DNA of 64,000 nucleotides from Mytilus trossulus (lineage: Eukaryota). The translations under genes were made by a program, and so were the position numbers. The DNA lies in the NCBI RefSeq assembly GCF_036588685.1, contig NC_086386.1, positions 60,698,001 to 60,762,000 on the forward strand, read 5' to 3'. The notes beneath the pieces are model-generated. The model saw only the letters and a list, made by a program, of their open reading frames with translations, made no database searches and was not told where the DNA came from. Shown one piece after another: positions 13,333-26,420 of this stretch; within the stretch, counting starts at the first letter, position 1, and each line of letters starts with the position of its first letter.

Positions 13333-15500
13333 TCACTTAGAACAGACTACGCATGTTAGTGGATAATTGTCAATGTACGGTGGACATTTCAATGATCCAC
13401 ATCTGGAAAGAACTTCATAAAACAATTTACCAAGATGCTGATCAACACCCCCAATGATATATTCTGGGTTGAGCTCAACACATACGTAAGCCGTAGCTGC
13501 TGCATGAACATGATTCCCGGACGCTAAATATCCATGATATTCTATCTTCCAGCCCTTGTAACATGTATTTTTTCCGGGAATCATTACAACAGATGTGGCA
13601 CGTTCTGCTCAACAGAGAGTCTTCATCGTTAGCATTGGAGGCAAAAAAGTTCGAGTCAAATTCTGCACCGAACATACGACTATATTCTCCCCCACTAGTT
13701 TTTACATAATTTGGATCTGGTGGTAGACATACATATTCAGCAGCTGCGCCTGGATCAGTATAGTGACTCCCACCTGCAAAGCCTGTAATAGTTATGTAAC
13801 ATCAGTATGGAAAAATAATAAATGCATACTTAGTAATCGGGAAATAATCCACATAATATTTTAAAACAATGAACAGTAGTTTATGTGAAATACTCGTATA
13901 CTAGTATAATAAATGAAGGAAACATTAATCTTATACTTGAAGTAATAGGCAATGGGATGATATATTTTCTAATTGAAATGTGTAAAATTGAAAACACAAT
14001 GATGCTAAAATATCACAGATTTAAAACTACCAACTACGAGTATCAAAACTCTGCATTTGATATATTAAACCTATATGAAAAAGTAAAACCACTAAAATAG
14101 TTATCAAATTAAGATACCAGGATTATAATTTAGTACGCCAGACGCGCGTTTCGTCTACATAAGACTCATCAGTGACGCTCATATCAAAATATTTATAAAG
14201 CCAAACATGAACAAAGTTGAAGAGCATTGATGATCCAAAATTTCCAAAAGTTGTGCCAAATACGGCTAAGGAAATACTGAACTAAGAGGAAAATCAAATC
14301 GGAAAGTCCATAATCAAATGGCAAAATCAAATAACAAAAAACATCAAAAACGAATGGACAAGAACTGTCATATTCCTGACTTGGTATAGGCATTTTCAAA
14401 TGTATAACATGGTGGATTAAACATGGTGTTAAAGCGCTAACCCTCTCGCTTTGATGACAGTCACATCGAATACCGTTTTATTTAAAATGATGCCTGAACT
14501 AAACAGACATAATAAATAAAATAGTCAAAATATGGGAACAGCAGTCATCATCGTGTTACAATTATAAAAGGAACAATTTAACAGAACACAAAAACATCTA
14601 TCTACAAAGTGTAACATATTTACCGGAATATATCAATTCTGTATTATTATTTGGACACTGCTTTCTTCCCCATCTAATATAAGTTGTTCCGATACCTGAA
14701 ATAAAGTAGATAATGATTGGTGTATTTCAAATAGACCATAGACACATGTTATGTTGATTGATTGGTTGCTTATTCAGACATGAAACCTTAAAACAATGCT
14801 ATGTTAAATACCATGTTTATGATACAATGGCATTTACGACACAATGGTTTCTTCAGTTAAAAGCACACTGAAGTACTCAAGTTGTAATAATTGTTTTACA
14901 GGTGAACTGAACAAGAAAGGCAAGAGATTGTTATATCTTCACATCAGCCAGATCAATTAGTCACACTCACACGAGTTAACAAAATATGCAGTTATACGTT
15001 GTTTGCTTGACTTTACGATTGTGTTTGGATCTTTTGTAAATTCTCTTCTTTATGAAAAAAGTCTTACTTGGAATGGTGTTAAATGAGCTTTGCAAAAGTT
15101 TAATTGTCTGCTCCTGTTGTTGATTTATTATCTGTTGTTGTTGATTTATTGTTTGGTGTTGTTGGATGGTGTTCTGTTGTTGTTGCATTAATGCCTGTTG
15201 TTGTTGAAGTGTTGCCTGTTGCTGTTGAATTGATGCGTTTTGTTGTGTAATCCATGCCTGTTGCTGAAGTGTTGATGTCTGATGTTGCTGAATGATTTTC
15301 TCTGGCTGTTGATTAGTTAACATCTGCTGTTGGTTTTCGATGAAGAACTGTTTTACTGTGGCATTCATTATTGCAACGATATTTTCAATTCGGTTCAAAC
15401 GATTAACGAGTACATCTGGATCATTAAGCAATAGCCTCTTCTCTTCTGAGGTGACCAGATTAACACTAAAACAAAAGAAATATATTAACCAAATGATCAT
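13333..15500 (-). pseudogene. Paralog C, frameshifted. Exons 15068-15500, 14624-14695, 13333-13782
   Basis: Exons 1 and 2 are intact. Exon 3 is 450 nt versus 461: an 11-nt deletion near 13620 removes the VPC codons, and TGA replaces the Arg codon at 13609-13611 in the ancestral frame. Confidence 0.87.
14135..14178 (-). ncRNA. Minimal type-I hammerhead ribozyme (retrozyme repeat, family 1)
   Basis: GCGUCA-CUGAUGA-GUCU(UAUGU)AGAC-GAAA-C(GCGC)G-UC-UGGCGU: complete catalytic core, stems I and II paired, palindromic loop 3, GUC cleavage triplet. Confidence 0.88.
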
Positions 15501-16067
15501 GCTTAAACTTAACTCATGTGCTTTGAAGAAACGATTTGACACAAATTGTTTCTTATCAATCTAAAGTTAAGTAAGGTGACATAGACAAAGATAGCAACAA
15601 GTTTACATGCATAAGCTAACTGGTGCATTTGAACATAACAATCTGGATATGACAATTTTTAAGAGGACGTCTTGTTTTCGACATACTCCTACATTTCCCA
15701 TAATAGTGTAACCGACCAGAAATTTTTTAAGGCAAGGATTTTTTTAAATTGTGCATATCGACTAATTTATAAAACAAATAAACAAACGAAATAATCGGAA
15801 GCGTAAATATATAATATTGTAAGCCACCCGAGAGCATCCTGTCCTATACTCGGTAGTTTACTTTAATAACACTTAAATACAATATGTGACTCCTGTAGCA
15901 ACCATACATTAGCATTAAACTACCTAAATTACTTGTCAGGTATGGTCTTCAGGTTGTTTAATATGTATTTATTGAGCGATCCCTTGTATTCGAATGTTAC
16001 TGAGCTAATGTTTGTTCCTAACGGCTTTCCATAGTTTTTATGTTTGAACGAGCGTCTTCCAGCATCT

Positions 16068-18603
16068 GGAATAGGATCCCAGTCAGGGCAACCAGTCCGG
16101 TACCCACGAATATAGTTCTTAACAAAAATATATAACTTTTGTTATAAATTGTGTAGTGTTATTATTTCTCTAGTTCTGTAACTGAATGTATATTTATTTG
16201 AAAGGGTAGGCTTTTTAGTTTGAATTTCTGTAAAAATTTGGATTGATTTAAATGTAATCTGGCGTCAGTACATAGAGTAAATTGCCTAAATTCTAGCCTT
16301 TATTCTTTCCCGGAAGTAGACAGACTGACCCTGTTGTCAATAAAAACAAAATTTTGCAACGGAATGCCGGTCATGAGGCACTGAGATTGTACTAAGACAC
16401 TTCAAAATGAATGCCTAACATGAACCAAAAGTCCCAAGGTGGCTATCAAAATTATTTATTGAGCAGGACCCTGTGTATTTACTATGATTTTCAATGCGTA
16501 TCAATGGGGCAATTAATTTGGTCCCCGTTCCTGTCAGAGAGCATGTTTTGAACACTTCAATCTGCAATTGTAAGCTCATTTTTGAAGTTTCATGGATGAA
16601 ATTTGGCTACAGGCTTCCAATTCAATAAGGAAAACAATGGTGTAATTATTTTTGAAATTTGAATTAAACTTTTTAAATCAGATTAAAATTTAAATTTATG
16701 AAATTTAAAAAAGTTTGTTTTTCAATTTAAAGTTTAAAAAAGGGTCACAGAAAGGTCATTTTGTCTGTATTATGTATTCCTACACTTGTAAGTTAAAATG
16801 GAGGGATTTTTGAAAAAATATCAGCAAACGGTATTGGAAAGAGCCACAGGGAAAGAAATAATAAATGTGTTATATGGGATAAGGGGACAGTGAAAGATGG
16901 AAAATATGGGCTTATTTCTTTCTAGTATCTTATTTCTTGGACCTGAAAAAAGAAAAGAATCCCATAGTTTCAGTTTTAGGTCTTTTAATAAGTTTTTGAT
17001 AAATTGTGGCTATTAAATAAATCATTTAAGTGCCACGGTTTAGCTATGAAAGTTGTGTGCGAATCCAGCTCAAATTTATTTAGAGCCGCATCACACACAT
17101 AACCACATATTATTGTGTAAACTCAGAAACACTTGCCAGGGGCTCTCCAATTTTACATTTTTTGGAAGATATTTAAGGTGTAGGGCTATAATATCGCTTA
17201 TTAAAGCAATTTAAACTGAAGTGTACAACAACTTTAGACTCCCTTTTAAAGATTTTGATGGTCCTTTAAAGGACCGTTAATTTTATCTGTATCTATTTCA
17301 GCAGTAGATGAAGCGAGCTATATCTTCCTTGGTTTTGGAACTTTTGAACATCAGCTTCTGGTTAAGGAAACACTTAGTGCTCTTTTAATAGTTTCACTGT
17401 TTGAATTTCATTTTCATTAATGCTTCTTTCTTAAGTTTCATTTTTAAAAGTTACTGCATTATTAACCTGTCTTTGTTATCTATATTCAGGTTGGTGAACT
17501 TGGACTAAAGTACATGAATCTCAGCCACCGACAGTTTCAGTGTCCATGAGAACACACATATGAACTAGTGGGACATTTAAACCATTTAAAAGTACAACAA
17601 CGCACAGTAGCATTAAGCGGTCAGGAAGATCAAGGATTTCCCTCCACATCTGTTAGACTATAGGAGGTGCTGTTTGACTGGTTTTAGCTACAAGTGAGAA
17701 ATTCTCTGCATCTAGCCTCTTATGTTGTATTTTAAATGAATTAAGCAGACTATTTGAAGACTTTGCTTCATATTGTATACCCTTGTTATGGGGTCTGCTT
17801 GTTTTGCATATGTAATTCTTTAAAACGGAAGATTTTTTTATTTTTAATTGAAAATAATAATATTATTAATTTATTTCTAAACAAATTTTGGTTTCAACTA
17901 AATTTCCATACACAGAATGAATTTATCTACCTTATGCAATTTACAGAATGTACATATCTCTTGAAATAAAAAAAGTTTTGATGATTTTTAGCATATTTTC
18001 TTCATGAATTTAAGATTTTCTCCGATCAATTTTCTGGTATTTGAGATGTTATAGATAATGATCTATAATTCTGTAACTGTTTGATCAATTTTTTTGAAAA
18101 GTGCAGTTTTAAGTCAGGGGAAAAAAATAAAGACTGACAGGAATATGATCCCAGTTAGGGCAACCAGTCCGGTACCCACGAATGTAGTTCTTAAAAACAA
18201 TATATAACTTTTGATATAAATTGTTTAGTGTTATTTTTTCACTAGTTCTGTAACTGAATGTAGATTTATTTGAAAAGGTAGGCTTTCTAGTTTGAATTTC
18301 TGTAAAAATTTGGATTGATTTAAATGTAATCTGGCGTCAGTACATAGAGTAAATTGCCTAAATTCTAGCCTTTATTCTTTCCCGGAAGTAGACAGACTGA
18401 CCCTGTTGTCAATAAAAACAAAATTTTGCAACGGAATACCGATCATGAGGCACTGAGATTGTACTTAGACACTTCAAAATGAATGCCTAACATGAACCAA
18501 AAGTCCCAAGGTGGCTATCAAAATTATTTATTGAGCAGGACCCTGTGTATTTACTATGATTTTCAATGCGTTCCAATGGGGCAATTAATTTGGTCCCCGT
18601 TCC
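16068..18603. mobile_element. Non-coding element with two 464-bp direct terminal repeats (16068-16531, 18140-18603), flanked by an ATCT duplication
   Basis: Near-identical repeats begin GGAA and end GTTCC; ATCT at 16064-16067 and 18604-18607; the core begins TGTCAG and ends CTGACA. Confidence 0.7.
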
Positions 18604-19801
18604 ATCTATTGTTTTCATCAGTGTAAATTCATGTTCTTTTTATATGTATCATAGTTCAATAAAACAAAGTTATCTTTCCAATGTTAACAGTTTTTATTTG
18701 CTCACTGTTTAAAGTATGTAACATTATAACATCGTAAAACAATATAAATACACAGTTGCGTTCAAGTGTACTGAATCATAAATCCTTAAATACATATTTG
18801 TGGTGTCCGACGTGGTGGGAGATAGCTTACTGTACAAAAGACGGCTAATAACATATCATTAAACTTCATAATGTTATCCTTATTCTCACCTAAAGGTTAT
18901 TGTTACTTTATTTGTTTTCCAAGGTTTGAACTTGCCGCCAGCAAAACTTTGGGCTATCTGCCATTGCTGAGTGCTCGCGCGTTTATATACTAAATTGTAA
19001 TTGTCACGTGACATACTAATCCAATGGAAACTTGTCCTTTCCGGGAAACCGGAACTATAAAAAATTCAGATAATGAAAAACATAATATACATATCATCTT
19101 AAGTTGTCCGAACCTTGTCCTTATACATTAAATATCAAAACAAAGCTATAGCATCTAAAATATCGACAAAGAAGCTTGAAATAAACAATCGGACACCACT
19201 GCGCGCGCATTGATTTAGCAGACGATCTGCGTTATTACAGAGTACGTAAATAACATACAACATAGTTCATTTCAACCATCTAAATATTTACAATATATTT
19301 GTGTCCGTCAGGGTATACTTATTAAAAATCTTATCTGTGGTATTAAAAATACAATATTAGATCAAATGTCCAGGGAACGAATTGGTACATAAAGATATCA
19401 AAACACATGTTTCGGTCCCCACACAATGGCAGACGACAAAGTCTCCTTAAATAAACAATTGCAGTTGAAGTATTTTCCTATGTATATCAGGCATATTAGA
19501 CGTTTAAATATGAATATTTGGTTACAAGAAATGCTCCTTAAATCCGGAATAACATGATATAAAGCATGTAGAAGGTAAGCCATGAGTAATTGTGGTAGAG
19601 TGGAATTTAGCATATTTTTGTAAATGTAAATTTGTATATATTGATTAAATATATTGGAATAAAATTTTTGTCATACTATTGATATTATTAGTTACAAATT
19701 GAATGGTATTTAATTTGTCTAGTCTGATTACTGTTAAACTGACCAGTGTACCTGTTTGTCTATGTTACCTTGATTTCTATTTTTAGAATCTTAATTAAGG
19801 C

Positions 19802-20300
19802 TATCGTCGCTGTTATGCAAAAACCTCGTATCTAAGGTTTTCATAATTTTACACCAGGCAATAAAAACTGATTTTTTTTTATCGATTATTTAGAATTAAA
19901 TATTTATGTTCCAATGTATGCAAAAATATCTGATCTTCTAACCAATCAATTACCAAGGCGAGCAAAAATTTCTGCACCTATATTGTATTTTCAAAGCTAT
20001 TCATTATTTCTAAGCTATACATATTATATTAGACAAAAAATTGACAATACTGTACCTGTTATAATCTCAGCTGCTAGTGCCATCTTTTTTTTCTTTTGAG
20101 ATATGATATTTTCGCACAACAAAATGTCTCACCAATCCGACTACACTTTTTTCGTCACTTGTCAGAATTCGGGTTAATGATTGGTTAGAAGATCAGATAT
20201 TTTCGCATTCAGTGGAACATACATATTTAATTCTTAATAATCGATAAAAAGATTTCCGCAAAAAATTGAGATACGAGGTTTTTGCATAACAGCGACGCTA
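19802..20300. mobile_element. MITE with long terminal inverted repeats
   Basis: cgtcgctgttatgcaaaaacctcgtatct and atctgatcttctaaccaatca are both mirrored at the right end. Confidence 0.75.
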
Positions 20301-22009
20301 TATTGCTTATGGATAGTGATTTTGGTCACATGTTCTTTTTGGAGGGAAAATTCTATTGTTCTGGACACTCTTATTTCAACTGTCATAGTGAGAAGATAGA
20401 TTTCACAATTTTGGAGTGTGCAAATGGTCTTATATGAATTATTGTATAGTTATTGCTGAATCTTTTGGGAATTCATATTACTACTTTACAGGTCAGTTGT
20501 ATATACTTTTCTCACATTAATTTAATAGTCCTATAGTTTTTAACAGAGTATGCAAGATTTGGTTAGATTGATTGGATTGAATGGAGAAATGAATCTGTAG
20601 TATGAATATGACCTTTATGAATGATAAATACAATTAATTAACCATAACATGCTTTAAATCATTAAAGATTGATAAATGATTAAAATATTAAATAATTACT
20701 AAATAATAGATTATAATAGAGCATGGGAGTGCAATTATATTAAATAGAAAGAAAGCGTTTTCTTGTGTATATATAAGAAGTAAATTAAATAGTTAAATAT
20801 TCATTTTAAACCTTTATTATGTTTTAGTATCTAAGGGAACAGATTTTCTTATTTTTGGTATGTGTTCATATTATAGATATGGAACACAGTAGTTATAAAT
20901 TTATATTTATCTTCAGGTTTATATTTGATGTACATGTAGCCAATACACATATGAAGTCTTGTGACCTTCAAACTAGCACTTGAGGTAAGCAAAGAGTTGT
21001 ATTATGTTGTTTTATCATTTGGTTAGTTATTTGCTTATTTTGCTTACTTTGCGTTGCTGAGTTGCTGCATGTAGATATTTTAATGTTTTACCGTTTTGCT
21101 TAGTTTATTACTATTTATGGAATTCATGTAGAATATATTATTTACATGGTAACAGAATATTTATTGCAATTAAGTTTATGAGATGCATAAACTAATACAT
21201 GTAAGACGCAAGTTTATGTTGAGTCTTTGAGATAGAATTATAGATGTGAAAGGGAATATTATTTTATTTAGGATGTTATACAGTGCAATGTACTTGTTCA
21301 TAAACATGTCAGAGTTATCTATCTTTGCACCTGTATTTATAGTATTTTATAATTATGTTTTGTAGGGTCTTTATACGAGACAACCGTTTACTAAGACCTT
21401 TAATAAAGAATCCATAATACTACAACCGAGTCTTTATGATGCCCATTTCCACCCGATTTCATAATTACATACATTCCCTGCCGTAACACTTGTACAACAA
21501 AATGTAAACAAATGAAAAATTCATTTCACTTCCAGTGTTTTACACATTAAAAATTTGATAAACTTGATAATTGTCAACATCATCTTGAACCTATATACAA
21601 ACATGAACTAGAAATTCATATCATAGCTGATGAAATGCTTCCCCCCTTTATATTTGGTAAACAAAAATGAAACTTTGGCCTGTGAAATCCATACAAAAAA
21701 AAATAGTAAATTAATGCCATATCTTTAGTTTTCTGTAATTAGTTGATACTTCAGTTTCTTTATGTTAACTCTTTCATATACATTTGATAAAATTTACTGT
21801 TTGCAATAGCATGAATTGTTCTATATAATAAGAATGTTCTTAACCCGGGGCATAAAAACAATGCCGTATTTGGCGAACCTTTTCAACTTTTGATCTTCAG
21901 TGCTGTACAACTTTGTACTTTTTTCACTTTCGATCTTTTATATTTGGGCGTCACTGTTGATTTTTGTGAGGACAAGGCGCGTTTTTGGCGTATTGAATTT
22001 TAAACCTGA

Positions 22010-22548
22010 TGCTTTTTGTTATCTATTAATCATGGTTTTATTTGTCTAATATGTTTTCCTATTTATTTGTATTGTAGTCCTGTAATATTATGTTGTCATC
22101 TCAATGTTATATTTAACTATGCCATTAAAGTGCGAGGTTTGGCATGCCACAAAACCAGGTTCAACCCACCACTTTTATTCCCCTTTAAAAGTGTCCTGTA
22201 CCAAGTCAGGAAGATGGCCATTGTTATATTATTGTTCGTTTATGTGTGTGTTGCATTTTAACGTTGAGTCGTTTGTGTTTTCTCTTATTTTTGAGATATT
22301 GAGATAAGACGTGGCACGGTACTTGTCTATCCCAAATTCATGTATTTGGTTTTCATGTTATATTTGTTATTCTGGTAGTGTTTTGTCTGTTGCTTGGTCC
22401 GTTTCTGTGTGTGTTACGTTTCGGTGTTATGTCGTTGTTCTCCTCTTATATTTAATGCGTTTCCCTCGGTTTAGTTTGTTATCCCGATTTTGTTTTTTGT
22501 CCATGGATTTATGAGTTTTGAACAGCGGTATACTACTGTTGCCTTTAT
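22010..22548 (+). repeat. Interspersed repeat family ending in the hairpin AACAGCGGTATACTACTGTTGCCTTTATTT
   Basis: Same terminal motif near 4800-4828, 31893-31923, 52661-52690 and 54131-54160; shared internal aaaccagg..acc / tgtaccaagtcaggaa blocks. Confidence 0.65.
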
Positions 22549-23689
22549 TTTTTGATTAAAAAATTGTTTTACTTGCTCGTGCGAGCCAAGTTACTATGCG
22601 TAAGAACACAACCGTTATGTTTAAAAGAATAATATTTCCTTTTTCTGAATTTATAATATCATAACAAGTACTTCCAATGCCTTACAATATTATAAGAATA
22701 TAATCGAGACCTTTACAATTTCATTTGAAACCATTATGAAATTTCAACTTTACTTTACAAAACGTAAAATGTTTTAATTACTCATTGAATATTTTTTCTC
22801 TAAGAAATAAATTCGTTAATATGTGCCATTGATCCTGATACAATGATTGAAATCATTTACGATATATTGCTGAAAGTCTTGTACAACAGAAGAAATGATA
22901 CTACTATTAAAGAACTAGTCAATCATTTGTTGCACGAAATCTTATCAGCATACCTCTTTATCATGCTCTTATTCTACATACAGTCAAACCTACTTGAACG
23001 GTTATCTCGTTTCAGATGTCACCTGCTTCTAAAAGTCACTTCAAACTCACTCAAACGTTATCTCAAACCAGCGGTCACTAGTCTAACTAGTCAACCATTT
23101 GTTGCACGAAATCTTCATTTCGATTTTTTACCGCGTTATTTTTTTATCTTTAACTACTGAAAATTATACATCTGTTTAGCATCGAAGACAAAATAAAGAA
23201 ACGAAACCAGTTTGCAACTGCGATTCCGTGTGATTTCAATGAACTGTTTTTTAATTTGATCTATACATTGATGGAAGTTGCAACACTAACAAACGAAGTT
23301 TATATAAGGATCTGGATGGTCTTCTCTATTCTTTTATTATTTAACTCAATATTCTCTATTCTTTATTTGTTTGTCCAGTTCTCTCCATTCTCTCTATTCT
23401 TAATATTTTAGCACCCCAATATCACACTTCCTTGTTCTTTTATCCCAGTTTTCTCTATTTTCTTTTTTGTCGATTTATCTGTACAGTTGGCCTATTGTTT
23501 TCTATTTTGTAAAGACTATCCATACCCTCTTATATAGTTTGAAGTTTAACGGAAGGCGAAAGTCGACGTGAAGACATATCAACCTCCCATATATCTTTTA
23601 CTGACTTCGAGACGACAATTTGTTATCCTTAAGGTGTCGTTTATATTGAGAAAAAGACAATGGAGAAAATTTATAGTATAATTTAATCT

Positions 23690-23932
23690 GACCATTGTTA
23701 GGATTCATGACGACAATCAGGTATTGTAATGACATAACATTACTGCGGCCAGTTTTTATTGGTGGAGAAATCCGGTAAGCCCGGAGAAAACTACCGACCT
23801 TCGACAGGAAAACTGACAATCCTAGTCAATTAAGAATGGAGTTGAGTGCCCACCAGCAGAACTCACAACATCAGTGTTGACTGGCTAGTTACTATAGAAG
23901 TAACTACTTAGACCACTCGGGCACCAAGGACC
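23690..23932 (-). mobile_element. tRNA-derived SINE with a V-domain-like core
   Basis: Head GGTGCCCGAGTGGTCTAAG (A-box-like), followed by GGTCGGTAGTTTTCTCCGGGCTTACCGGATTTCTCCACCAATAAAA, which resembles the V-SINE central domain. Confidence 0.6.
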
Positions 23933-24019
23933 AAGTTATACGAGAATAATGCAATCAACACGTTATACATTGCATCCGAAATCGATTTTCAGAAAACGAC
24001 ATCTGTAACAAACACACAT

Positions 24020-26420
24020 TTTTAGCTACTTCTTTACAAGCAGAACCAAATACAATGAAGTCCCAACTATGTACTGGCTTCCGAAGCTACACTAAAAAAA
24101 TCCTTACAAATATAGATTGATTTCAACATTAAGCCAGTGTTTCACTTCTTAATTGTCTATCCTACTTACTAGTACACTTGGTACAATAAAAAACCTGATA
24201 ATAAATTGTTCAAATAAGGCCTTTGAAAATAGTGGAATTAATTACTTTTGGAGTGTCAAAAATTCGTTGGAAGTACTTGATAAATTGCATGCATATATTG
24301 GTGATTTTGAATCTGTTCAAAGTTTTGATTTCCTAACCTTTATACTACTTTGTCTCATATTCTTAGTAAGAAAAAAATCACATCCCTAATTAAATGGGCA
24401 TTTAAAAAGTCAGAATGCGAGTACATATGGTCAAACTCTTTTAAGTCATTATAAGTAGCAATAAACAAAAGAACTAGGTCAATTGGTAATGCTTTGATAC
24501 TATATATGCGCTTGAATTTTTACTTGATAATATCTTTGTTCGCTTTGGAGATTCCGTATATCGTCAAGTTATTGGAATTCCAATGGGAACTTACTGTGCA
24601 CCACTTATTGCGGACCTGTTTTTGTATTGTTATGAGTTACAATTTATGACTAAAATTAGCAAAGACCCATCGAAACAACATTTTATACAAAAAATTAACA
24701 ATACTTTTAGATATTTGGATGATAAATTGGCTCTCAATAATGACGACTTCAGTATGTATACTAAAGAAATTTATTCTGTTGAACTTACTTTGAATAAAGC
24801 TAGTACTAACAATGAACACTGCCCTTTCCTCGATCTTGATATCTATATCATTAACGGGAAGCTTAATACAAAAAAATATGATAAAAGAGATGATTTTTCA
24901 TTTCCTATCGTTAGTTATCCATTTTTAGATGGTGACGTTCCCTTGTCACCATCTTATGGTGTTTATGTGTCTCAACTTGTACGATTCGCTCGTGTATGTA
25001 ACAACGTATTGGATTTTAGCGAGATAAATTTATGTATTACTGAAAAATTATTACACCAGGGTTTTCGATATCACACACTTGTCAAAACATTTACTAAATT
25101 TTATCATCGGTATAAGGAAATAATTCGTAAATATAACTCAACATGCAGACATCTTATACGTTCAGGTATATCACATTCAATCTTTTATGGTAATATTCTT
25201 CACAAATCACAAAAATGACAGTATTCACCTCAAAAGCTTACAAAACCTTTAAACAGACTTAAGAAGGGATATAGTTACGATACTGTTGCCAGGTCATTAA
25301 AGATTGCAAATGTTGGCTTTAATATTGATTCACTCATAGGGTCTTTGCATCGGAACTAAACACATTTATTTGAAAAACAGTTGTTGGCATGACACGGGTT
25401 ATGTTCTTCTCATATATTCTATGATATAGATATAGGAAGATGTGGTGTGAGTGCCAATGAGACAACTCTCCATCCAAATAACAATTTAAAAATTAAACCA
25501 TTATAGGTTAAAGTACGGCCTTCAACACGGAGCCTTGCCTCACACCGAACAACAAGCTATAAAGGGCCCCAAAATTACTAGTGTAAAACCATTCAAACGG
25601 GAAAACCAACGGTCTAATCTATATAAACAAAACGAGAAACGAGAAACACGTATATATTACATAAACAAACGACAACTACTGTACATCAGATTCCTGACTT
25701 AGGACAGGTGCAAACATTTGCAGCGGGATTAAACGTTTTAATGGGCCCAAACCTTCTCCCTTTTTCTGAAACAATAGCATAACATCACAACATAGAAAAA
25801 CATACGATAAAAAACAATTGGCAGACTTAACTCAATCAAAAAACGTATGATTATGATACTTAACCCCTCACGGTAGGGATTGTACCTGATATTCATATGA
25901 TGAAGACATAATCTTTCAATCAGTTTATTTGAGTTTTGGAGCTGGCATGTCAGTTAACTGCTAGTAGTCTGTTGTTATTCATGTATTATTGTCATTTTAT
26001 TTATTTTCTTTGTTACATTTTCTGACATCGGACTCGGACTTCTCTTGAACTGAATTGTAATGTGCGTATTGTTATGCGTTTACTTTTCTAGATTGGTTAG
26101 AGGTATAGGGGAGGGTTGAGATCTCATAAACATGTTTAACTCCGCCGCAATTTTGCTCCTGTCCCAAGTCAGGAGCCTCTGGCCTTTGTTAGTCTTTTAT
26201 GATTTTTAATTTTAGTTTCTTGTGTATAATTCGGAATTTAGTATGACGTCCATCATCACTGTACTAGTATACATATTTTTAAGGGGCCAGCTGAAGGACA
26301 CCTACGGGTGCGGGAGTTTCTTGCTACATTAAAGACCCATTGGTGGCCTTCGGCTGTTGTCTGCTCTTTGGTCGGGTTGTTGTCGCTTTGACACATTCCC
26401 CATTTCCTTTCTCAATTTTA
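24020..26420 (+). mobile_element. Penelope-like (Naiad-type) retroelement family 3, 5'-truncated, RT pseudo-ORF (longest piece 24583-25218)
   Basis: PTMYWLPKLH, VQSFDF, long insertion-in-fingers, GIPMGTYCAPLIADLFLY, FRYLDD, FLDL, YDKRDDF; no endonuclease after the thumb; the 3' UTR is interrupted by an opposite-strand repeat at about 25426-25850. Confidence 0.82.

Noticed and set aside
20300-21488. Possible solo LTR ending aataaa...cgtaaca
   Set aside because: No convincing 5' TG end with a matching TSD could be placed.
21948-21991. Hammerhead-like sequence in a retrozyme-type repeat
   Set aside because: Core mutated (CUGUUGA; GAAA>AAGG); homologous but not expected to be active.
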